This document shows, one piece after another, positions 39,047 through 53,364 of a stretch of DNA of 64,000 nucleotides (within the stretch, counting starts at the first letter, position 1; every line of letters starts with the position of its first letter). The notes under the pieces were generated by a model. That model saw nothing but the letters and a program-made list of their open reading frames with translations. It was not told the origin of the DNA and did not search any database. Source of the DNA: Botryllus schlosseri (taxonomy: Eukaryota). The stretch spans positions 37,140,001 to 37,204,000 of the forward strand of contig CM119372.1 of assembly GCA_051294905.1 (NCBI GenBank), read 5' to 3'. The position numbers and the translations under genes are program-made.

Positions 39047-40007
39047 TCGGTTACGTTACATGCAGTGGTTCTCGAATATTTACACCGCGACCCATATCTA
39101 AGTTTTTATTTCATCTCGCGACCCAAGCCTCACACATCGATATGAATGCATTTTTACTGTCAGTATGCTACGTATTTACGGGCATGTATGAAGTAGAGAA
39201 TGCGCGGACAACCAGCTGTACGCAATGCAGTTCTATGGAACATCTGTGACGCAATTTCAAACGGGATGCATTATTTTCCTATGTTGGCTATATTTGTACA
39301 GCGGGGCTAAAATTGCAAGGTCAATTCCAATCGGTGTGACGACCAAACTAAGACCGGATATATCAATATTTACGGTTTCGGCCAACCAGCAACGGCCATT
39401 TTGTACCAGGTTTTATCGTATTTACCGTTATTTCGCACCGCATTTTGGCCGCAGCCGCATGTAGGCCAAAACTTCCTGTCGTCCAGCTCCCCGGCGTGGG
39501 TGGAAAGGGCCTCCTCGAAATACTGTTGTGCACCCTCAGTTCAAAGCAGCTAAACAGTCTCTGGAGGTGTGAAGCGATAATAGGAATATCCTGCTCATTC
39601 ACAATTGTGTATACAGTTCATTCATTTCTGTAAATTCTTCGCATTCCTAGAAATATCGGGTGCAGCAGTTACGGTCGCGCTCTTTCCCTCCCTCCTGTCC
39701 AAGTTAGACCTTTACAGAGTAACCAATGTCTGACATATCTTAGCATGACATCAAGCCTACTTGTGTGATACAAAGGTCTGCACATTTTCACGATCACGTC
39801 ATTTTAGAAACTTTTTTGCGTGTCTCACCTATCCACTATAGCACTCAGCACAGTGACCATGTATATGCACAAATTGAGCACAGGATATCGCTCCAAATGC
39901 GAAGAAATTTTGTTGTTACAAGAAATTTAGTAAACGCTTTGGTGCGATCGCGACTCAAATATATACTAATCGCGACCCATGTTTTGGGACCGGAAAGAAG
40001 AACACGT

Positions 40008-41186
40008 TAGGGATGGTGTGAACCTCTGAAAGGTTCAGGTTCGTGTGAACGAGAACCTTTCAAAAAGGTTCTGTGTGAACACGAACGTGAACCTCATGAC
40101 GTCACGTGACGTCATATTGCTAATTCCAACCATATCCTTCAATGAAATGACAGCCCATATTATTGTACACGATACCTAGCGACGACTCGGGCAACATAAT
40201 GTCACAATGCTGAAGTATATATTGACGTTTTAAACGTCGCCAAATGTATCAACTAGGGTAATCAAATGACATAATAATCCCATAAAATCAATATCTTCCG
40301 CCGTTTTGCCTACAATTTTGACGAGGACTTACCAGGGAATAGAAGGAAAGGAAAGGACAAAGTTTATTTTTGTCCTTTGGCATATACACCGAATCATGAT
40401 ATACCGCACACGATCTGCGCATATGCATACCATGAGTGCGTGATGTGCATATGCCGCCGGGCAAGGAAGATGCCGATATAGCCTTGTAGCAGTGTTGGGA
40501 TGACTCGAGTCATGACTTGGCTCAAGTCAGACTCGAATCACCTTTTTCGTATGACAGGTCGGAAAATGTATTCGGCATCCGAGTATTGCATTGATATTGA
40601 GCGGAGTGGGAAATGGGTATCTATGCTTGCTACTGATATTACCCCATTAACAAGTTATACAGCAGTAGCCAACATCTCAATCGCAGCGTTTTGATTTTAA
40701 TGATACAGTAGACATGAAGTCAAGATTAACCCCGTACGCCTGCTAGATTTTTTACTTCAGAAAACTATATCAATCTCATTGATTGGTTAAATAAGTATCA
40801 TTCGCTGACTACATAGCTTATTTCGCTCGTGATGTTGTGCGATTGGGGGGCCAAGCTCGCCGCAGAGAGTCACTAAATATTTACAAACGGAAAGCTGGAT
40901 CTTTCGAGCAAACTTTTGCAATAAAGCAAGTAAAACCTTTGAGATTGTCAAGGTGCATGCTCGTTTAGTGTTGATTATTTACGTTGCCAGCGCCATGCAT
41001 AGAGTGGCCTGCAGTTGAAGTGCAATAAATTTAAGCCAACGATGTTACAATGAAGTGAAAATTGTAATATATGAAAAAGGTTCACAGTGCAGAACCCACC
41101 AAGGTTCTGTTGTGAACGCGAACCTCTAAATTTCTGAGGTTCGCACACAGAACGCGAACGTGAACCTCACGTTCACACCATCCCTA
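40008..41186. mobile_element. TAGGGATGGTGTGAAC-family MITE (mirror copy at 43503-44681)
   Basis: Same TIRs as 35962-36948; exact TSD gaacacgt. Confidence 0.9.
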
Positions 41187-43152
41187 GAACACGTTTACGA
41201 AATCGTAAAAGGTAATTTAGCGAAATAGAACACAGCCGATTTTGCATCATACACTGTTTGTTTGTTTGTTTTGGGGTATTCATGGTGTTTGTCGACTACT
41301 ATGGTCATTTACACCAGGCCGATATTCTTCTTATTTTCCGTAACTGCCGACTTATAGCACGGCCCACCTCTAGGCTTTTTGTAAGACACCGCTGACGCGG
41401 ATGAGGTGGCGAGGAGGAGCCTAGGTAAACCTCCAACACTTAGGTGTCGGAATTCGGAAGTCGACCTCGGTCGGACTCGAGCCCGCACCCATTGGTGTTG
41501 CAGCCGCGGATTATACCACTGCGCTATCTCGCCACAGCATCATACACTGGAATTTTGCTTGTGTTGACTAAAGAAAAACGGTCATCACTCAGGCTCGATT
41601 TACTTTTTACTTAGTACTTTTCGGTCAAAATTCAAGGTCTTTCTGGGTATTTTAGGCTAAAACTGACCACGATTTAAAAAAAAAGAGGACATAATGAGTA
41701 TAGGGATAGTGTGAACCGCATGACGTTACGTGACGTCATATTGCCAATTTTAACCCTAATTTTCAGTGAAGTGATAGCCTATTTTAATGTACATTGTACA
41801 CGATACCTAGCGACGACTCGGGCTACATACTGTAGGAGGGTTACCATTCGTCCTCTTTTAAGAGGTGTTGTCCTCTTTTTTGACTTTTTTGAAAGTGTAC
41901 CGGCGGATGCCCAAATGTCCTCTTTTTTGAGAATCTTGGTTAAAGATAGATCAAAATTCGGCTGAGATACAGTAAATCAGCACTGAAATAACGCTCCGGC
42001 GGCTATTTTTGCTCCGGTATCGTAAATTTTGAAAAAGTGTCCTCTTTTTAGATTTCCAAAATATGGTAAGCCTATTATAACATCTTTGTTGGAAATTTAT
42101 TGCATTTCAACTGCTGGCCACTATATGCATGGCGCTGGCAGCATAACAAATTCACCACTAAACGAGCAGGCACTTTGATAATTTCAAAAAATCTACTTGC
42201 ATTGTTACAAAACTTTGCTCGAATATCCAGCTCACGTTTGTGAATATTCAGTGACTCTCTGCAGTGAGTTTGACCCGCAATCACACAACATCAAGAGCGA
42301 AATACACTACATGTAGGTAGTCAGCGAATGATGCTTATTCAACCAATCAATGATATATATATAAAGAATTCATCGATGTCAACCACATACCAACGTAGCA
42401 ATACTCAGACGCCGAATACATTGTCCAGTCTGGCCTAGATCGTTAAGGCGTAAGCTTATAAAGCTTATATTCCCTTGCAAGTCCTCGTCGAAATTGTTGG
42501 CAAAGCGACGGAAGAAATTGAGTTTATGAGATTATTATATCATTTGGTTGCCACAGTTGATACATTCGGCGACGTTCAAAACGTCAATATTTACTTCAGT
42601 ATCGTGGCATTATGTCAGGGTTATCATATTCCGGATATCTGAAAAGCGGACACTTTTTCAAAATTTACGATACCGGAGCAAAAATAGCCGCCGGAGCGTT
42701 ATTTCAGTGCTGATTTACTGTATCTCAGCCGAATTTTGATCTATCTTTAACCAAGATTCTCAAAAAAGAGGACATTTGGGCATCCGCCGGTACACTTTCA
42801 AAAAAGTCAAAAAAGAGGACAACACCTCTTAAAAGAGGACGAATGGTAACTCTCCTACAGTATGTAGCCCGAGTCGTCGCTAGGTATCGTGTACAATGTA
42901 CATTAAAATAGGCTATCACTTCACTGAAAATTAGGGTTAAAATTGGCAATATGACGTCACGTAACGTCATGCGGTTCACACTATCCCTATACTCATTATG
43001 TCCTCTTTTTTTTAAATCGTGGTCAGTTTTAGCCTAAAATACCCAGAAAGACCTTGAATTTTGACCGAAAAGTACTAAGTAAAAAGTAAATCGAGCCTGA
43101 GTGATGACCGTTTTTCTTTAGTCAACACAAGCAAGATTCCAGTGTATGATGC

Positions 43153-43432
43153 TGTGGCGAGATAGCGCAGTGGTATAATCCGCGGCTGCAACACCAATGG
43201 GTGCGGGCTCGAGTCCGACCGAGGTCGACTTCCGAATTCCGACACCTAAGTGTTGGAGGTTTACCTAGGCTCCTCCTCGCCACCTCATCCGCGTCAGCGG
43301 TGTCTTACAAAAAGCCTAGAGGTGGGCCGTGCTATAAGTCGGCAGTTACGGAAAATAAGAAGAATATCGGCCTGGTGTAAATGACCATAGTAGTCGACAA
43401 ACACCATGAATACCCCAAAACAAACAAACAAA
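43153..43432 (+). mobile_element. Full-length tRNA-derived SINE (mirror copy at 41257-41536, minus)
   Basis: A-box tagcgcagtgg, B-box-like ggctcgagtcc, ctgcaac loop (possibly tRNA-Cys origin), (caaa)n tail, 13-bp TSD cagtgtatgatgc. Confidence 0.88.
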
Positions 43433-46400
43433 CAGTGTATGATGCAAAATCGGCTGTGTTCTATTTCGCTAAATTACCTTTTACGATTTCGTAAACGTGT
43501 TCTAGGGATGGTGTGAACGTGAGGTTCACGTTCGCGTTCTGTGTGCGAACCTCAGAAATTTAGAGGTTCGCGTTCACAACAGAACCTTGGTGGGTTCTGC
43601 ACTGTGAACCTTTTTCATATATTACAATTTTCACTTCATTGTAACATCGTTGGCTTAAATTTATTGCACTTCAACTGCAGGCCACTCTATGCATGGCGCT
43701 GGCAACGTAAATAATCAACACTAAACGAGCATGCACCTTGACAATCTCAAAGGTTTTACTTGCTTTATTGCAAAAGTTTGCTCGAAAGATCCAGCTTTCC
43801 GTTTGTAAATATTTAGTGACTCTCTGCGGCGAGCTTGGCCCCCCAATCGCACAACATCACGAGCGAAATAAGCTATGTAGTCAGCGAATGATACTTATTT
43901 AACCAATCAATGAGATTGATATAGTTTTCTGAAGTAAAAAATCTAGCAGGCGTACGGGGTTAATCTTGACTTCATGTCTACTGTATCATTAAAATCAAAA
44001 CGCTGCGATTGAGATGTTGGCTACTGCTGTATAACTTGTTAATGGGGTAATATCAGTAGCAAGCATAGATACCCATTTCCCACTCCGCTCAATATCAATG
44101 CAATACTCGGATGCCGAATACATTTTCCGACCTGTCATACGAAAAAGGTGATTCGAGTCTGACTTGAGCCAAGTCATGACTCGAGTCATCCCAACACTGC
44201 TACAAGGCTATATCGGCATCTTCCTTGCCCGGCGGCATATGCACATCACGCACTCATGGTATGCATATGCGCAGATCGTGTGCGGTATATCATGATTCGG
44301 TGTATATGCCAAAGGACAAAAATAAACTTTGTCCTTTCCTTTCCTTCTATTCCCTGGTAAGTCCTCGTCAAAATTGTAGGCAAAACGGCGGAAGATATTG
44401 ATTTTATGGGATTATTATGTCATTTGATTACCCTAGTTGATACATTTGGCGACGTTTAAAACGTCAATATATACTTCAGCATTGTGACATTATGTTGCCC
44501 GAGTCGTCGCTAGGTATCGTGTACAATAATATGGGCTGTCATTTCATTGAAGGATATGGTTGGAATTAGCAATATGACGTCACGTGACGTCATGAGGTTC
44601 ACGTTCGTGTTCACACAGAACCTTTTTGAAAGGTTCGCGTTCACACGAACCTGAACCTTTCAGAGGTTCACACCATCCCTAACGTGTTCTTCTTTCCGGT
44701 CCCAAAACATGGGTCGCGATTAGTATATATTTGAGTCGCGATCGCACCAAAGCGTTTACTAAATTTCTTGTAACAACAAAATTTATTCGCATTTGGAGCG
44801 ATATCCTGTGCTCAATTTGTGCATATACATGGTCACTGTGCTGAGTGCTATAGTGGATAGGTGAGACACGCAAAAAAGTTTCTAAAATGACGTGATCGTG
44901 AAAATGTGCAGACCTTTGTATCACACAAGTAGGCTTGATGTCATGCTAAGATATGTCAGACATTGGTTACTCTGTAAAGGTCTAACTTGGACAGGAGGGA
45001 GGGAAAGAGCGCGGCCGTAACTGCTGCACCCGATATTTCTAGGAATGCGAAGAATTTACAGAAATGAATGAACTGTATACACAATTGTGAATGAGCAGGA
45101 TATTCCTATTATCGCTTCACACCTCCAGAGACTGTTTAGCTGCTTTGAACTGAGGGTGCACAACAGTATTTCGAGGAGGCCCTTTCCACCCACGCCGGGG
45201 AGCTGGACGACAGGAAGTTTTGGCCTACATGCGGCTGCGGCCAAAATGCGGTGCGAAATAACGGTAAATACGATAAAACCCTGGTACAAAATGGCCGTTG
45301 CTGGTTGGCCGAAACCGTAAATATTGATATATCCGGTCTTAGTTTGGTCGTCACCGATTGGAATTGACCTTGCAATTTTAGCCCCGCTGTACAAATATAG
45401 CCAACATAGGAAAATAATGCATCCCGTTTGAAATTGCGTCACAGATGTTCCATAGAACTGCATTGCGTACAGCTGGTTGTCCGCGCATTCTCTACTTCAT
45501 ACATGCCCGTAAATACGTAGCATACTGACAGTAAAAATGCATTCATATCGATGTGTGAGGCTTGGGTCGCGAGATGAAATAAAACTTAGATATGGGTCGC
45601 GGTGTAAATATTCGAGAACCACTGCATGTAACGTAACCGGCAGATATTACTGGTGGTGTATGGGAGGCGGATTAATATTGTTGGACCATGAGCGTCTCAG
45701 CTGAATTCGTAATTGACCGCACTCGTATGACACAGTACTCATTGAGCCTATAACATCCTGTTCCTGAATGTTATTAGGATCTACGGATAGATTTCGGTAT
45801 CAAATAACGCCACACTCACACGCAATATTGTTGACCTACTGCCAGGGAAATCGTGTGAGCCCATGAACAAGTTGGTACCACGTAACCCACATATACTTTG
45901 TGGTTTTATCAGGAATCATTAATTCTGTTAATACGGGATATTTCAAACTTGTGATATCGCTGCGCCCGGTTCCCGAGTACACATGTAGATGTGGCGGGGT
46001 GAGTCATTATATTATGCCTACTCACAACACATTGAGATAATTCAAACAAAATATTCGACTATTCAGTCACTGTCATGCAAATGGGGATAGGGAATTCAAG
46101 ACAATTTTATCAATGATTGAGGTTGATCACAAAAATATTGGTATATAAGTACCGTTATTCAAAGTGGAAAAAATCCCAACACGAACCTCCGAAATGAGCT
46201 AGTTCAACATGAACACGAACAGAAAGTTCGCACAATCGATATACCCCTGGTCCCATTGAAATAATGAATGGAAATAGAACCCGCGTCGGCTGCTCATCTT
46301 TGACCGAGATTATTTGAACTCGCCTACTACCCAATGCAACTCCCAGCGGAAGCGAATGCTATGCTCAAAATATTAGTGTATTAGTGATATTCATACATAC

Positions 46401-47843
46401 TGACTTTTAAATATTGACAGGCATCCCCTCGACAATTGAATGTTTGACAAATATCTCTATTCTACATTTCAATCTATTGTAATTGAAGCTTCCCATCCAT
46501 CACTCTGGCTATGCCTTCCGAACATACGTGTCATGGGATCAAGAAAATTCATCACTTGTCAAATGGAGCTGCTGTTTTTCGTCACTGTCGATTTCATTGT
46601 CGAAAATATCGTAATCCTGATATCCTCTGTGATATCAATATCACATCACTCGCGGTGATTGATTCTAAATTAACTCTAGCAGTTTGCTTATAAATTGGCT
46701 ACATCTATATGAAAACGTAAGCTATATTTGAATATCTCGCATCCACCCATCTTTTAGTGCTGATATTACAATGCTTAGTACGAAACAAGAGCTTATCGTT
46801 GTCTTCGACTACTCTCGTGGAACAGAATTAGAACAGTAGACTATATGCCTTCTTTAGTATTGTGACAGCCGCTTGTGTTGATTACTACAATGCAGTTATT
46901 GCAGCACTGCATATTGTAAGCTAATTGCATGCGACTATGTGCAATTGTCGAGTCATGGAGTAGATTCCAAGTCTGGTGATGATTATTACAATGTATAGTC
47001 ATTGCAGGAACGCATATTGTAAGTCAATGGCATCCTGTGCTATTGGTGAGTCGTGGAGCAAATATTAAGTCACTATTCTCAGTCTGCAAACCACTGACAG
47101 ACAACCCATCTGTATCTTTTGGTTTATGATACGATTTATAATACATACACGAAATAGTAACACACGAAGTGTATCTGTAACTTGGGTACTTCCGGAGAAA
47201 TATTTAAAGGGCATTTCATAATATTAGTTTCAATGCGAAGGTTTTCGTGGTCGACAAATCATTGAGACACAGAATCGCATTTTCGGTGGGCTGGAATATT
47301 CGGGTTCTTTCTGCTATTTATATCGCATCTTCGTGTGACTCATTTCTCAAAGAGATTTATGGCAGTGAAAGACTGGGTGGGGAGCATTCTCTGCGTCTAC
47401 TCGAACAAATCCGAATGTTGCAGCGAAGTGTTTTAATGGCCTTCAATAGCATCGTATTGTATCGGCCTGCTAATTGCCAGATTAGAAAAGATTTCCAGAA
47501 ACGTGTGCATTCACACCCAGAGGGCGCAAAAGGGTGGCACACGAAAACAGAACCGAACTCAGAATTATATCTCGGTCATAAATTCTACGTGCCCAACTGC
47601 CCATGCTCTTACCCTCCTGTTTACCTATTTGTACGCTCAATTTGAAATAAAATGACGTACTCGATATATACCACGGTATAATTTTGAGTTAGGTTCTGGT
47701 TTCTTGTGCCACGGATAGATATTCAAACCCGTATATCAGAGGTGGTAAACAGGTGGAAATGCCCAGGATTTTCGCTAAAAGTTTACTGTCTGTGTCATGT
47801 GTATATCTCCAAATTGTTTTTCACATATCCGTATACGCTACAG

Positions 47844-50446
47844 CAGTGGTTCTTAACCTTGCCTCCAGCGCCCCCGAAGGGTCGGAAACGCTCAGGGGGC
47901 AATATGGGGGGCGCTGACGACAAATGGCTTTGCTGTAGATGATGATGTAGTATAAGTATATATCCTTAATGAGTATTCAGAGTTAATTAACATTCCACTA
48001 AACATGTCAAATCTCGAGAATTTTGGTAGCGCTACGCGGCGACGTTCGCAACAAATGTATTCATAAATGTAGTGGGTTACTATAATTCATATAAAATGGA
48101 TTGCGCGTACTTTTAGATCGCCAATTCCCCGTTAAAACACTACCGCCACGCTTGCTAGGGCTATTTTCAGCAAAATGTTTCTAACTAGGTATTGTATCCT
48201 GCAGCGTAGAGCGTGTAGATATCGAAGGAGACACTGTATATCACTTTTGAGAGTGAGAGCCCTTTGTACATAAAATATGCTTTGAAGTTTTGTGCACGTA
48301 AGGAATAACTACATATACTTGTATTTAGGAGCTACAAAATTAAATCGTCAGAATATTTCTTCATCGTATCATAAAGTTGTAGTCCACAACCTCCCATTAA
48401 CGTTAAATAATATGAGTTACTTCGTTTGGGATACATTTATGATAAAAATTGTAACTGGGCACAGTACTAGATTAAATGTGAGCAGATTTATGCATCCCAT
48501 TCTCAGTAAACTCACTTAGTCACACAAAGCACTAAAACGCAATCCAATACCATTAATTTCCCGGTATTGCTAATCGCAGATGTAAGTTCGGGATGCGTAC
48601 ATCTGTTTCGAACCATAGGGTATGAGACTGTGCACGCTTGTTGTTATAACAACCTAGATTTCACCCTGAATATGCCACATACAATCATTATATGGTTCAT
48701 TATTGTCGAGTCGTCCTCGAGCGCGATTAAATCGCGAAATATTTCTTAATTCCCGAAAAGACCGACTGGATTTGACCTCTTACCAGGATCGAAACTGCTG
48801 CCACCCAAACCCACATTAGTGGAGGGGGAGCTCGACGGATGCTCTAAATCAGCGGTTCTCAACCTTTTTTGACACGCACCCCCATTGCCGATGGTCAAAA
48901 AAATCTCGCCCCCTGACCCCCTTGCATTTATCGTCATGTCAAAAAGAGCACATCATCTTATACAGATGTGGGCAACCTTCTTGTTAATCATGGCCGCATT
49001 TCGATTACTTATTTAGCCCAAGGCCGCATTCCAGGGCATAGCTGCAATGAACGATCTGGACGCAAAATACCTATGGTAAACTGACCATATCCATTCCCGG
49101 TGAACTCCGAACTATTCTACTTTTCACAACGGCCTATTGCACGCACCGAAATCGCGAGTGGCAATGTTCTGAATAGTTGCTGGGAGTGCATATTGTCGCA
49201 AGGTGCGCGTATATTTTTCAGAGCCGCGAATGAATTGTTATTGCTTTCCATTCCGGCGCGCCCTCCAGGTTGAGAACCCCTGCTCTAAATGATATCGGTG
49301 AATGAACATAAATTACACATGATGTTTTGACGACTCCCCCTCGAAAAAATACGCACATAATTATAGAAAATCTAAATAGGCATTTCGGCGTCGGCCATTA
49401 CCACGCCACGATGCACGAAGACTTATGAAGTTCCTGCTAATATGGGACTCCGAGAAGTGTGCCAAAAAGATGTCAGCGAGAAAACTTTAGTCGAGGAGGA
49501 TCGCCCTCATCTTGATCGATGTATATAAGTATAATTGTCCATAGGAGCTAAAATTGCCCGTGCCGAGTTATCATGTCGTCACACCCCATGTCGTCTGCAC
49601 CCGAAATGACATCATGTGTTTATTTAAGTTTAATACGTTTATACGTTTCAATATCTTTTGTGTATGCAGCGGACAAGAGCTAACAAAATAGCAACATTTA
49701 ATGAAGTAATTCTACGAACGGACACGCCCGAATATGTTTAATTATTGATTACGTGGCCTTCATTTTCCAAGGCAACAGTTCACCCAGCGCTACTGGTAAA
49801 TCTGATTACGTGGACTGAGAGGATAAAACATATATATGCAAATAACACCTATAATCATTCATGCATTATAGAAAATTTTGGCGCCTAGGGCGACCTGCCC
49901 ACCCAAACTTTGCTTACCATCGAAATCACGGGACGGATCTTTCACGCTATGGGTGCCTAAGACAATCGTTTTTATGGGTACTGACGAAGTGCTGTTACGT
50001 AGGGTTACCATATTTTGGAATCGGGAAATGAGGACAGTTTTTCAAACTTTTCAGACTTACAATACGTGAGTCAAATTCGGAAAAATTGGTAAATATACCA
50101 CAAAATTGCGGTTGGTTGACTAAACAAAGGGTCAACTTTCAGGCTCAACTCCCGAAATACAGTTTTTCTTCTAGATTTTACGCAGGTTGACTAAAAAAAA
50201 GTCGTCGCTTACGTTCGAACCACGATTTCCTGTTTAGCATCATGTATGCTCATTTTCACTCGAAACTATTCACCATCTTAGCTCTAAAAGCTGTCTAATA
50301 GGACGATTTGCCATAAAGGAGGACATTTAGACGTCCTCGAAGAACATTCTCAAAAACCTGAATAAGGAGGACAATATTGGGTGGGGGCGCTAGAGCACGA
50401 TCATATTTGAAAGGGGCGCTGGAGGAAAAAAGGTCAAGAACCACTG
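47844..50446. mobile_element. Buster-like hAT element with nested MITEs
   Basis: TIRs cagtggttcttaacc / ggtcaagaaccactg; exact TSD cgctacag. Confidence 0.88.
48850..49282. mobile_element. Nested Buster-like MITE
   Basis: TIRs cagcggttctcaacc / ggttgagaacccctg; exact TSD ctctaaat. Confidence 0.9.
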
Positions 50447-53364
50447 CGCTACAGTCTCACGAATTCCAGAAGCGAGGAATCCTTTTTAATTTTGCATTAA
50501 TGTAACATTTGAAAAGTAACGCCATGCTATGATCAGCTATTTTACACCATAACTGACCTTAAATATCCCGCAAACGCTTTGCTTAACCAAATGCTAAATG
50601 AACATTATTTACGTTTATAAAGAATTGCATGGTTTTTCATCTCAAATGTGCCAATCTAGGGCACAAACGCGATGACTGCTTCTGTGGTACGGTAGTGGTT
50701 CTCAAACTGGCGGAGCGAAAGCACCTAATTGGCGTGCCTGAGAGAAATGATGTTTCTTGATCTCGGAATGAATTTAATGTGAGCTGAAACTTCAAACTTT
50801 CAACAACGGCAATAATCATATTTATATTAGGATTCTAATAACATAATTGCGTTCGTGCGTGCTTTTATGGTCTGCCTGTTCAACATCTGTGCAAAGTGAT
50901 TAGAAAGACAGGAGGGTATGGAAGAATATGATATTTCCATCAAATATCATGTTGTATGCCATTCAATGTGTCTTTTGAATAGGAGAAACAAGGATTAATA
51001 TCGAAGTGGTGGCTTACAACGTCTAAGTATGAACAGGCCTCTAATAGTCTACACTCCTGGGAAACGCATTTCATGGCTGCCCAAAATTTACTCAATTGAA
51101 TTCTCTTGCCTTCAAGAAAATTGTTTGCGCCGTGAAGTAGTTCCAAGTTAGCATGGCATGCGGCCTTTGTCATTTTTTTTTGGTTTGGCCTAGGTTTTTT
51201 GAAGCTATAGGCTCATGTGGTATAGTTGAAGGTATTAGACACGAAAATTAGTAAAATATCCATATGCCACGAACTACCATTGCACATGATTATTTTTGAT
51301 AGCCAAATCAACTAAAAATTATCTGCGCTCGGAACGATCTACATCCAGCTCGTAATTAGTGTTTTTTATATAGTCTGGAGTTCATATTTGAGAAGTCTCT
51401 AAACAGGAAGAATCAGGAAGATCGCTGGCTATAGAACCGTGGATGAAGAACGCGCCGAATGGCTTTGTCCTTGCAACCTGACTAACCCCGAAACATGTGC
51501 CGACGATGTTTGTAACATGTTGTCATGTAGGCTATGCAGTGGTGTATTGTAATTTATTTAAAATTAATTGAGCGTACTTCTAGATCGTCAGCTCCCCGTT
51601 ACAATACTTCCATCACGCTACCTCGAGTTATGTTTCACAAAATGTTTTGAACTATGTATTTTATCCCGCAGCGAACTGCGTGTCGAAATCGAAGAAAGAG
51701 GCACTGTATCACTTTTAAGATTGAGAGCCCTTTGTACAGTAAAGATGCTTCAAATTTTCGTTGGTCAAAATGAATACAGAAGTATAATTTTATTTGAGAT
51801 CTGGGAGTGGGGGAGCTAGAGCTAGGAAATTTCCGAAAGGGGGCGCTGAAGGAAAAATGGTTAAGAACCACTGGACTAAATAATGCAAAGGCAGAAGAGG
51901 ATGAAATGGTTAGCTTCGCTTCGAAGAAGGCCAGTAATACTTGAAAAAAAACCATTTCGTCTTCAGTATCCATTCCGGCAACAATGTCCTGCAGACTATG
52001 ATGAATTATATTCCCCTGTTTGGTCGATGTCCCATGAGTTATCGCAATTACGACGAACAATTGATCTATGGCATGTGATTATATGGCTGCTTGGAAGACA
52101 ATACGCCGAATTCGTTGGAACGCTTGAATATTCTTTATCGGAAGGAGGCGTATAATGATACAAACAAATGACGACGCCTGCAGTCGCTGCTGGTGGCTTT
52201 TGTGCCCGGAAAAGTCTCCGTCCTGGCACTTGGGTGCTCTGCTTGTACAATTGGAAATTCTCAAATGAACAGAGCAACCAGACTAGCCAGACAATACAAG
52301 GGAGCTATGTCAATGGTTTATCTTGGATCCCCCTCGCCAGCTATTCCGATATTACAGCAAGTTAATCAGCTGCTTCCATACTCAACATTTGTCTTTGCAC
52401 TTGCCAACTAGTCTACATAGGCGTGCGCAGATGTACTAGGGTTCAGATCTTGCGATGGGTTCTCATGCTAGGGACCTGACGTCACTAGTATATTCGTAAT
52501 CAAAGCTGTTACTTTTATCCGCCCAAGACCCGCCATCCTACAATACGACAAGCATGATCCTGAAAATGATATTATTTCCAAAGTAATAGAGGATGATACT
52601 AAATCATTTTAATAAAGTTACTGTTACAGAAATAGCACAGCAAATCGCCACACCATTGCTGTTGCGTTTCCAATCAACATATCGCTGTGAATGTGGGTTT
52701 CAACAATGTTTCAACTTAATGTTTCAACCAGCAAGTAGACATTGTCAGAGCAAAAACAAGCTGAACCATAACGTTAACTGAATATGTGTTGTTATCATGT
52801 TTATTGTGTGCATTGTATTTATATCATTTTATCATCCTAACTATACCAGGCGCTGTGTAAACCTGTTTAATAATTGAGATAACGTTTTACAATTGCTTCA
52901 AACTTTTGTGAAATAGTAGATCCGCTGATTTCCCTAAATTTTAGAAAGGGGCCATGGTGCAAAAAACGGCTGGCAACCCGTAACCTAATATCTTCGATTC
53001 TTAGCTTCGCACAGATGTACTCTCAGGCGTACAGCGTAAAATGGCGTCGACAATCCCCCTTTCATCTACATTCGTCGAGTTTGAGTAAGTGCAATTGCCG
53101 TTCCCAAGGGGAGTGACTCTGATTCGAATAAGATCCTATGATCATTAGTATCGTAGTATATCGATCTTTGAAAAGTAATTTTCCCGGCCTCGAACTTATC
53201 ATCTGGTTACACCCTCCGATCATACCTATCACATCAACGCATCAGCCAAGATTACAGCATCGATCGAGTCTTACATCACTCTCGATTTCATTCTCAAACC
53301 TAACCTTGGAGGAATAAGTATTAGCAGACTTGCGGAGATTAATTCTAAACCTATTAACCTAGAG

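Larger units (their letters stand above)
39048..45639. repeat. Giant inverted repeat: ~3.0-kb arms (39048-42042 and 42648-45639), ~0.6-kb spacer
   Basis: The arms are almost identical reverse complements. The ORF track shows mirrored ORFs (41711+/42725-, 40500+/43995-). Confidence 0.97.

Noticed and set aside
43153..43225. Possible tRNA-Cys gene
   Set aside because: Stems pair poorly, and it continues into a repeated body with a (CAAA)n tail and TSD, so it is a SINE head.
39225..45463. Mirrored ORF pairs of 62-135 aa
   Set aside because: They arise from the giant inverted repeat over TE sequence; not evidence of genes.
50940..51330. Possible Buster transposase N-terminal fragment (HANL...LLEACSY)
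   Set aside because: Only weak motif resemblance, and element ends and TSD could not be matched confidently.
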